The translations under genes and the position numbers were made by a program. Shown piece by piece: positions 1 through 5,691 of a stretch of DNA of 28,843 nt. Origin of the DNA: a virus (lineage: Duplodnaviria > Caudoviricetes); IMG/VR virus record IMGVR_UViG_3300033067_000911, positions 1 through 28,843 of that record. One strand, given 5' to 3'. The notes beneath the pieces are model-generated. The model ran no database searches and was not told the origin of the DNA. It saw only the letters and a list, made by a program, of their open reading frames with translations. The first letter of the stretch is position 1, and every line of letters starts with the position of its first letter.

Positions 1-71
1 GGGCTGTCGTTGTTGCCGCCTTGCAGGCTGTGGCGGTTCATCAGTAGCGCAATGTCTCGGTCTGTCAGCAT
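1..71 (-). CDS. Cassette A ORF, 5' part only (MLTDRDIALLMNRHSLQGGNNDS...), hypothetical
   Basis: ATG at 71 preceded by AGGAG; frame stays open to the window edge; same position relative to attC as the other cassette ORFs. Confidence 0.65.
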   Translation of the reverse strand, partial: MLTDRDIALLMNRHSLQGGNNDS

Positions 72-100
72 TCCTAGCTCCTATCGCCTTTCCACCGGCC

Positions 101-165
101 GGCTAACACCTCGTTCGAGGTGGACCTCCCCCTAGCGGCTCGGCCACTCAACTCGAACGTTAGGC
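101..165 (+). repeat. attC site 1 (65 bp)
   Basis: R'' GGCTAAC, 5-nt spacer, L'' GTTCGAG ... L' CTCAAC, 6-nt spacer, R' GTTAGGC; L'' has one extra C relative to L'. Confidence 0.88.
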
Positions 166-462
166 CCTGCGGTTGCGAATGGCCGCTTCCTTGCGCGCCA
201 TCCACAGCGGATCGTCCACAGTCCACGCGGCGTCCCAGATCACCTCGATCGCCGGGTGGTTCTGCGGCAGCGCCCAGGTCGCAAGGCCGAGCAGTCGGTT
301 TGCCATCCACTCGCGTGGCCGGCTGCGCTGGAACGAATGCGGGCTTCCAGGCCTCCGCACAACGTCCAAGCTCAGCACCAGCGGGCCAATGAACAGCACG
401 CGCCCCGCGTCGGGATCGCGCCGGAACTTGAGGCGCCAGCGCTTCTGAAAGTGGTACACCAT
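160..462 (-). CDS. Cassette B hypothetical protein (100 aa)
   Basis: ATG at 462 with GGAGAGG RBS; TAA stop lies inside R' of attC1. Confidence 0.75.
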   Translation of the reverse strand: MVYHFQKRWRLKFRRDPDAGRVLFIGPLVLSLDVVRRPGSPHSFQRSRPREWMANRLLGLATWALPQNHPAIEVIWDAAWTVDDPLWMARKEAAIRNRRA

Positions 463-478
463 CGTTGTCCTCTCCGTT

Positions 479-513
479 GCCAAGCGGGCGGCCGCTCAAG
501 TCAAACGTTGGGC
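479..513 (+). repeat. attC right half-site (L'-R' only)
   Basis: CTCAAG-TCAAAC-GTTGGGC; 479-509 is identical to 1708-1738; no R''/L'' arm to its left. Confidence 0.8.
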
Positions 514-890
514 GTCTCAGGCACCCAGCGAGCAACGCCACCGTCGTCGAACTGGATGCGTTTGAAGTCCTTCAGCCGCAGGAACGCGCAGCCCCACGGC
601 GCGTGGAAGTGCTGTGCCACCATGCCGACGTGGATCATCAACTCGGGCAGCAGCACAGCGCCGAAGCGCTGCATGAACTCCGCGCCCGCGAACTTGCCGC
701 GCCTCTCTTTGCGAAGCCCGGCCATGAAATCTTCGAACTGGTCTGCGTTCCTCGGCGCGGCTTGAAGCGCGTCGGGGAAGATCGTGTGGTAGCTCTCCAG
801 CAGGCGCGTGAGTTCGGCCAGGCTCTTGCACTTCGGCAGCGCCTCGTTGTAGTCGCTGGCCTGGTCGCTTGTGTAGCTGATCGGCTTCAT
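501..890 (-). CDS. Cassette C hypothetical protein (129 aa)
   Basis: ATG with GAGGA RBS; reads through R' (ends PNV) and stops in the L'-R' spacer. Confidence 0.8.
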   Translation of the reverse strand: MKPISYTSDQASDYNEALPKCKSLAELTRLLESYHTIFPDALQAAPRNADQFEDFMAGLRKERRGKFAGAEFMQRFGAVLLPELMIHVGMVAQHFHAPWGCAFLRLKDFKRIQFDDGGVARWVPETPNV

Positions 891-914
891 TCAGTCCTCT
901 GTTTATTCGTCGCC

Positions 915-1002
915 GCCCAACCCTTCACTCCAGCGGACCCCGTGTAGCACTGCGCATCACCACCGTGCGCGGGCGGGGTCCGCTGAGTTCCAAACGTTAG
1001 GC
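915..1002 (+). repeat. attC site 3 (88 bp)
   Basis: GCCCAAC-CCTTC-ACTCCAG-CGGACCCCG ... CGGGGTCCG-CTGAGT-TCCAAAC-GTTAGGC; long stem, extra C in L''. Confidence 0.9.
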
Positions 1003-1257
1003 GTCAATACCAGCGGCCTGGAACAGCACGCCTGCAGCAGCCTTCTCGGCCTCTTCAAGCGTCGCGCGCTCGAAGGCCGCTTCCGCCTTGTCCCAGCCGT
1101 CGTCGTCGTCGCTGAAGCCAAGCGCGAAGCTGCACACGCCGAGGCCGGGCGGCTCGGCGTACCAGCGCAGCTCGGGCGCGCCCGTCTCGTCGCTCCGGTC
1201 GATCTTGGCTAGCAGTTGCCCGTACTTCGCGCTCTCGAACAGCTTCGCAAATGCCAT
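997..1257 (-). CDS. Cassette D hypothetical acidic protein (86 aa)
   Basis: ATG with AGGAG RBS; TAA inside R' of attC3. Confidence 0.85.
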   Translation of the reverse strand: MAFAKLFESAKYGQLLAKIDRSDETGAPELRWYAEPPGLGVCSFALGFSDDDDGWDKAEAAFERATLEEAEKAAAGVLFQAAGIDA

Positions 1258-1276
1258 GTCCTTCTCCTGCCACCGC

Positions 1277-1334
1277 GCCTAACTGGGCGCTCAAGCGGGA
1301 CGCCTATCGGCGCCCCTTAGCTTCGACGTTAGGC
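1277..1334 (+). repeat. attC site 4 (58 bp)
   Basis: GCCTAAC-TGGGC-GCTCAAG-CGGGACGCC-TATC-GGCGCCC-CTTAGC-TTCGAC-GTTAGGC; classic short 59-base-element architecture. Confidence 0.92.
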
Positions 1335-1628
1335 CTCAAGAGCTAGTCGTGCGCGGCGCGTCATTTCCAGAACCGCGGCGCGTTGCCAGTCTCGATCATC
1401 CGGGCCATCGGTGCGGCCAGAAAGCGTGTCGCTCCCGTACTGGCGCACGGAGTCGAGTGCATCGCGCAGCCGCTTGATCTCGGCGCGAGCCTCGGTAAGT
1501 TCGCGGGCAGGAGTCAAAGCGGCATGCATCGCGCCTGCGCCACCAAGCGGCACTGCGGCATCTGTCAACTGGACGCAATACCCAACTTGCATCGCGTGCA
1601 GTGCCTTCAAGTCAATGTCACCAGCCAT
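1329..1628 (-). CDS. Cassette E hypothetical protein with coiled-coil segment (99 aa)
   Basis: ATG with AAGGA RBS; TAA inside R' of attC4; heptad-like segment ELTEARAEIKRLRDAL. Confidence 0.8.
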   Translation of the reverse strand: MAGDIDLKALHAMQVGYCVQLTDAAVPLGGAGAMHAALTPARELTEARAEIKRLRDALDSVRQYGSDTLSGRTDGPDDRDWQRAAVLEMTRRARLALEA

Positions 1629-1655
1629 CGCTATGTCCTTTCGCTCCGGCTACAC

Positions 1656-1742
1656 GCCTAACCCTTCCTTCGAGCGGACCGCCTATAGGTTGGTTCGCTC
1701 GCTCACCGCCAAGCGGGCGGCCGCTCAAGTCAAACGTTCGGC
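1656..1742 (+). repeat. attC site 5 (87 bp)
   Basis: GCCTAAC-CCTTC-CTTCGAG-CGGACCGCC ... GGCGGCCG-CTCAAG-TCAAAC-GTTCGGC; extra C and extra A on the left arm. Confidence 0.9.
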
Positions 1743-1743
1743 C

Positions 1744-2100
1744 TCAGCCCACCGCGAAGGTGTTGCCGTCGCCAGCGCCGACCGGAGTCAGTCGAGGCGC
1801 GTAGCTGTCCTGCACCACGTCGCCCATGTAGCGCGTGTGCAGTCCGCTCGGGGCCTGGCACGTCACGTAGGGCGGCGCGTGCGGGTAGTCGGCGCTGCCG
1901 GGGCTGCTCACCCAGAACGGCTGATACGGCGCCCAGGCCGGCGGGTACCGGTCGATGATGACGGGCGTCGTCATCGGCAGGCGGGGCGCGAACAACTCGG
2001 CCAGTTGCGCATACAGGTCGCGCGCCTCGTCGATGGTCATCGTCACGTCCTTTCCGCCGCGCGGCGTCAGCACGATCTTGGTCAACTTCAGCTTGTCCAC
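1744..2100 (-). CDS. Cassette F hypothetical protein, Pro-rich C-half (118 aa)
   Basis: GTG with AAGGA RBS; TGA lies just outside R' of attC5 (1-nt gap). Confidence 0.8.
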   Translation of the reverse strand: MDKLKLTKIVLTPRGGKDVTMTIDEARDLYAQLAELFAPRLPMTTPVIIDRYPPAWAPYQPFWVSSPGSADYPHAPPYVTCQAPSGLHTRYMGDVVQDSYAPRLTPVGAGDGNTFAVG

Positions 2101-2127
2101 AGTCTTCCTTTCGCTACGGCCCCAGAG

Positions 2128-2197
2128 GCCGAACTAGTTAATCGAGCGGGCCCGCCGAGGCAGGGCCGCGCTTCGTGTTAGCTTCAAAACGTTAGGC
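2128..2197 (+). repeat. attC site 6, degenerate or hybrid (70 bp)
   Basis: R'' GCCGAAC ... R' GTTAGGC with a GC-rich central hairpin, but L'' (AATCGAG) and L' (TTAGC) do not pair. Confidence 0.7.
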
Positions 2198-2272
2198 ATC
2201 AACCCACGCGCCACCGCCTAACTCATCGCTTGAGGCGGGACCCTTCGTCGGCGGGTGTCTTCGGTGTGTCAT
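2192..2272 (-). CDS. 26-aa mini ORF (MTHRRHPPTKGPASSDELGGGAWVDA) reading through the attC half-site
   Basis: ATG overlaps the upstream TGA (ATGA 2269-2272); TAA inside R' of attC6; below the ORF-track size cutoff. Confidence 0.5.
   Translation of the reverse strand: MTHRRHPPTKGPASSDELGGGAWVDA
2216..2243 (+). repeat. attC left half-site (R''-L'' only), terminal site of the array
   Basis: GCCTAAC-TCATC-GCTTGAG-GCGGGACCC; no matching L'/R' downstream. Confidence 0.65.
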
Positions 2273-2436
2273 GGCTTCCTCTTCGTTGCAACAGTCACGA
2301 ACTGCGCCCACTCCCCGCGCTGCACCGCCTCTTTGATCGCTGCGTGTACCTCACGAGGGGCGAAGATGCCGCGTAGCTCAGGGTCGCGGCGCTGGCGGTA
2401 CTCGGCGCTGCGCTGGCTTTGGGGCTTTGCTTGCAT
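2269..2436 (-). CDS. Small basic hypothetical protein (55 aa), possibly DNA-binding
   Basis: ATG just after the upstream stop; QRSAEYRQRR basic helix. Confidence 0.6.
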   Translation of the reverse strand: MQAKPQSQRSAEYRQRRDPELRGIFAPREVHAAIKEAVQRGEWAQFVTVATKRKP

Positions 2437-2437
2437 G

Positions 2438-2731
2438 TCAGATGCCGCTAGGTCGCGCAAGCTCTGCAGCGATCTTTACCGAAGCGTCGAAAAGTCTGCG
2501 CAGGCGGGCCAGCTCTGCCTGAGCGTCACGCGCCATCACGCGCCACTCTTCGCAGCCCTTCTCCAGCCATTCGAGGTGGTCAATGGCTCCCGTCACGACA
2601 TCAAGCCGCACGGTCACCCACTCCGCGTGCGGGTTCGGATGCGGCCCCTTTGGGATCGAATCGGCCAACGCCTTGCGAAGCTCGCTCGCGTCCCCGGTGT
2701 CGGTGACAAGGGCCTGTTCGGCCCCGCTCAT
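2438..2731 (-). CDS. Hypothetical protein (97 aa)
   Basis: ATGA-coupled to the upstream gene; coiled-coil-like C-terminus. Confidence 0.7.
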   Translation of the reverse strand: MSGAEQALVTDTGDASELRKALADSIPKGPHPNPHAEWVTVRLDVVTGAIDHLEWLEKGCEEWRVMARDAQAELARLRRLFDASVKIAAELARPSGI

Positions 2732-2934
2732 TGTGCACCCCCAACCGGCAGACGGTCGGTGCGGTAGCTGATGATCGCATCCCGTTCGTCGCCCTCCTCG
2801 GCGATCAGGTACTCGCGGGCTTCTTCTTCGGTGCAGCCAGTTGCCTTGACAACGCGCTCAACGCGGACGGCTTCTGTCCAGTTCTTGCGGTTGCTGACCC
2901 ACGGCGCGTAGAGGCTGACTTGTTGGGTGCTCAT
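2728..2934 (-). CDS. Small protein with UBA/NAC-like three-helix motif (68 aa)
   Basis: GGAGAG RBS; VVKATGCTEEEAREYLIAEEGDERDAII resembles the NAC C-terminal / EF-Ts N-terminal UBA-like pattern. Confidence 0.6.
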   Translation of the reverse strand: MSTQQVSLYAPWVSNRKNWTEAVRVERVVKATGCTEEEAREYLIAEEGDERDAIISYRTDRLPVGGAQ

Positions 2935-2964
2935 TTTCTCTCTCCGTTGCGTTGCTATGCCTCT

Positions 2965-2992
2965 ACTATAGGCGTGTTGCGCGGAACGTCAA
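2965..2992 (-). promoter_or_regulatory. Sigma70-like promoter pointing toward the cassette array
   Basis: Minus strand TTGACG-16 nt-TATAGT in an intergenic gap, upstream of the RBS and ATG at 2934. Confidence 0.7.
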
Positions 2993-2998
2993 GGGGAG

Positions 2999-3469
2999 TT
3001 ACAACTTTGCGCGTTGATAGCCTTCGAGCACGTCGGCCGCTTCGTCCATGAGCATTGCGTCCATGTTCACGTCCATGGCATGCGCGGCCTTGCGCAGCCG
3101 CGCGACTAGCGTTCCGTTGTGGTCACCTGGCGGGCCTCCGCCGCATGTCACGCGCTGCTCATCCGCGCTTTGCTCGCGCAGGTCGATCAGCGCTTGCTGC
3201 ATACGGTTCCAGTAGTTGATCGCCTCGCGCCGCGTGGCCCTGTTGAATCCGGGGTCCCTTGGCGAGTACATCGGGCATTGCTGCTCGTAAGGCCAGCCCT
3301 TGCCGACAGCAAGCTCGGCGCGGTCGCAGTTGACCATCTTCGTTATCGTGCCTTCGCGATCAACCTCCCACAGTGACGGCGGACCGCCACAGCAGGCGCA
3401 GTTCAGCGCCCTTGGGTCTTCGGGGCGCCATTCAAGCGGCTCGATCGTCTCTTGCCATCCGGTGCTCAT
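2999..3469 (-). CDS. Lar-like (restriction alleviation family) zinc-finger protein
   Basis: N-terminal LNCACCGG and TRREAINYWNR, similar to the Lar-family pattern (CPFCGG ... EAIxxWNRR). Confidence 0.55.
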   Translation of the reverse strand: MSTGWQETIEPLEWRPEDPRALNCACCGGPPSLWEVDREGTITKMVNCDRAELAVGKGWPYEQQCPMYSPRDPGFNRATRREAINYWNRMQQALIDLREQSADEQRVTCGGGPPGDHNGTLVARLRKAAHAMDVNMDAMLMDEAADVLEGYQRAKL

Positions 3470-3681
3470 GAGTAGTCCTCGTCAAACGTGCAGGATGTGT
3501 GCCACTGCTTGCCGCATCGCGGGCACTCCATGATGTCAACCTCGTCAGTCACGCCGCAGCAATCGACGCAGCGAGGCTCCGGGCATCGATTCTTGGCCGG
3601 CTGGCAAAGCTCAGGCTGCTCCGATGCGTGCAGCGAACAGCCGCCTACGATCCGATGGCCGATGTACTGTTTCTGTGTCAT
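3466..3681 (-). CDS. Cys-rich hypothetical protein (71 aa)
   Basis: CVDC and CPRC motifs; ATGA coupling at both ends. Confidence 0.7.
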   Translation of the reverse strand: MTQKQYIGHRIVGGCSLHASEQPELCQPAKNRCPEPRCVDCCGVTDEVDIMECPRCGKQWHTSCTFDEDYS

Positions 3682-3878
3682 CGCTCAACCTCCACAAACG
3701 GCCTCACCACAGGCCGCTCCACGAGCATCCCGCACACCCCGTCCCGATGCGTCACGCTCGCATCGATCACCTCGTTTCGGCGATTCTCTGGCGGCGGAGG
3801 CTCTGCGATGCGCCAGCGGCTGCAGATGTAGCAGGCGTCGATTCTGTGGGAGGGGTGGCAAGACGCTTGGTCGATCAT
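3678..3878 (-). CDS. Hypothetical protein (66 aa)
   Basis: Start re-called at the ATGA overlap; CYIC motif. Confidence 0.6.
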   Translation of the reverse strand: MIDQASCHPSHRIDACYICSRWRIAEPPPPENRRNEVIDASVTHRDGVCGMLVERPVVRPFVEVER

Positions 3879-4090
3879 TCGAACCACCCCGCAGAAAGCC
3901 ATCGGCCGGCTCCGCCTTTTGTCGTCACGCACACCATCACGCCCAGTTCGCACTGGGCCTTGCGAACTCCAGTAACACCGCAATGGTCAGGCAGATGGTT
4001 GACTTTGCGCTCTGTCTGGTTCCACAGCTTTATTGGCCTGAGCGCGTCTCCGACCTTGATTGACTCGGCGCGCTCTCTTGTCATGGTCAT
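3875..4090 (-). CDS. Hypothetical protein, possible SH3/KOW-like barrel (71 aa)
   Basis: GAGGAG RBS; IKVGDAL motif. Confidence 0.7.
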   Translation of the reverse strand: MTMTRERAESIKVGDALRPIKLWNQTERKVNHLPDHCGVTGVRKAQCELGVMVCVTTKGGAGRWLSAGWFE

Positions 4091-4160
4091 GATGCTCTCC
4101 TCATCCTGCTACGAATCTCAGCGATGCGCGCCCTGCCTAAGGATCGCGCGGCCCGGAGTG

Positions 4161-4388
4161 CTACACGCGACTCCTGTTGTCCCAGTTCCGCATCTTGTCG
4201 AAGTTCATGCGGATTCTGTGCGTCAGGCCCGGCCACAGCGCCGGGTCAGCCTCCCGGTAGTGCCAGAAGCACAGATCGTCGATTGAGCCAGCGTTAGGGC
4301 ATCCGTGCGCCTTGCAGCGGTAGTCTGTCCGCGCCTCCGGCCTGCCGCCTGACTGCTCGTGCTCTTGCTTCGCCTGTGAATAACTCAT
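4161..4388 (-). CDS. Small CCCH-type zinc-binding protein downstream of the initiator (75 aa)
   Basis: C-x4-C ... C-x2-H; coupled to the initiator stop codon. Confidence 0.7.
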   Translation of the reverse strand: MSYSQAKQEHEQSGGRPEARTDYRCKAHGCPNAGSIDDLCFWHYREADPALWPGLTHRIRMNFDKMRNWDNRSRV

Positions 4389-5203
4389 GCTGCTTCCTTG
4401 TAACGACCCTCGACCACCTTAGCCAAGTTTCCCGGCGTCATCAGCCACTCGAAGTCGGCCCGCCACACGCGATCCTTCCCGCCCCTGCGCCCGGTCAGGA
4501 ATGGGCTTGCCTCCACAGTCTTGAAGTACCAGCGGAACCACTCCAGCCCCTCCACTGCGCCCCACTTCTCAGCCGCACAGACTTCGACCCATCTAGCCCG
4601 GGCGTGCTTCTGGCGCATGTTCGTCAGGATCCTGACCTTTGGCAAGCTCGGGCACAACTCGTGATAGGCGGAAAGCAAGTCTTGAAAAGGACACGCCGGG
4701 ACGCTGTAGGCGTCGCCTTTGGCGACAAGCGCCGTAGGCGCCTTGTATTTATCTGCTTCTGCCTCTGCCTCTGTATTGGCTCTACAGAGTTCGACAGAGT
4801 TCGACTGAGTTCTACTCTGTTCTACATCTTCTACACGTTCGGCGGCACGACGGGTGTTGATGTAACGGCGCTTTGATTCCTTGATGCTTTCCTCGTCCCT
4901 GATCGCCCTGTACTTGGCGTGGTTCAGGAGCCTCCAGCCTCCATCTATGTCCTCGATGCGGCGCCCATCGAAGTCGCGGGTACGGCTGTACTTGTCTGGG
5001 CTTTTCAGGGCCCCTAGAGCGTCCTCGCATCGATCGATGCTGACACGGGCCATGTTTGCTAGCCCGGGGATGCTGGCCCAGACTCTGCCGTGGTGGTCGG
5101 CCATGGCAAGCATGGTGATCCAGACGATGCGGGTGTGGTCAGGCTCGGCCCAGATGGTTGACGCTGTGATGCTGGAGAACAATTTCGTAAAGGTCATGCT
5201 CAT
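4385..5203 (-). CDS. Phage replication initiator (replisome-organiser-like)
   Basis: N-terminal winged-helix-like domain, low-complexity linker with DNA repeats, C-terminal WRADFEWLM...KVVEGRY motif typical of phage initiators. Confidence 0.8.
   Translation of the reverse strand: MSMTFTKLFSSITASTIWAEPDHTRIVWITMLAMADHHGRVWASIPGLANMARVSIDRCEDALGALKSPDKYSRTRDFDGRRIEDIDGGWRLLNHAKYRAIRDEESIKESKRRYINTRRAAERVEDVEQSRTQSNSVELCRANTEAEAEADKYKAPTALVAKGDAYSVPACPFQDLLSAYHELCPSLPKVRILTNMRQKHARARWVEVCAAEKWGAVEGLEWFRWYFKTVEASPFLTGRRGGKDRVWRADFEWLMTPGNLAKVVEGRYKEAA
4752..4840. repeat. Iteron-like tandem repeats inside the initiator gene (putative origin)
   Basis: TC(T/G)AC-containing units at 4781, 4791, 4801, 4811, 4821 and 4830, next to TCTGCY hexamer repeats. 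Confidence 0.65.
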
Positions 5204-5236
5204 CTGACGCGCCGTTTCTACTGTAGAACTTAGTTT

Positions 5237-5437
5237 CTACATTGTAGCCAGTATGCCAGGCCACAGCGCAGACCACACGCGAGCGGCGATCTGCACGAGT
5301 TCAGTCCGCATGCCCGCCCCGCAGTTGTCGCACTCCATCGTGACTTCGCCGGGGGTCGCTTCGCCATGCTCCCACTGCCACAGGTGGCGCCGTCCGCAGG
5401 ATGGGCACTCCCATGCAATCGTGTCTTTCTTGCTCAT
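5237..5437 (-). CDS. Zinc-ribbon protein (66 aa)
   Basis: CPSC and CDNC pairs; start re-called at the ATGA overlap. Confidence 0.7.
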   Translation of the reverse strand: MSKKDTIAWECPSCGRRHLWQWEHGEATPGEVTMECDNCGAGMRTELVQIAARVWSALWPGILATM

Positions 5438-5691
5438 CGCTTGTGCTCCAATGTGTACATCGTCACCCATGCGCCGCCGCAAGTCTTGACCTTGCTGCGT
5501 GTGATGCGCTCGCCGGTGGCGCGCCAGTAGCCATGGGCGTCCTGCTCGTAGACTTCCCCTTGCGGGCCGGTAAGCTCCGACAGCCTTTTGTGGGGGCACC
5601 CGATGCGCAGATCGACGGTCAGCGTCATGTTCGTTGCCTTGCGGTGCGCGCGCAGGTAGTCTAGAACGCGCTGGCATTGAGTTTCTTTCAT
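5434..5691 (-). CDS. Winged helix-turn-helix protein (85 aa)
   Basis: TQCQRVLDYL...RLSEL pattern of small phage wHTH proteins; ATGA overlap. Confidence 0.7.
   Translation of the reverse strand: MKETQCQRVLDYLRAHRKATNMTLTVDLRIGCPHKRLSELTGPQGEVYEQDAHGYWRATGERITRSKVKTCGGAWVTMYTLEHKR

Larger units (their letters stand above)
1..2240 (+). mobile_element. Integron-like cassette array (attC cluster, no intI in window) with inverted ORFs
   Basis: Seven full or partial attC-like sites, each separating one small minus-strand ORF; the array runs off the left edge. Confidence 0.88.

Noticed and set aside
74-2181. Plus-strand ORFs (e.g. 256-765, 465-947, 1411-2181) and minus-strand 74-541 as cassette genes
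   Set aside because: They cross attC sites, have no convincing RBS and are shadows of minus-strand ORFs that fit cassette boundaries and have clear RBSs.
101-2243. CRISPR array or REP/terminator interpretation of the repeats
   Set aside because: Units differ in length and sequence, are separated by whole genes, lack U-tracts and show attC R/L box architecture.
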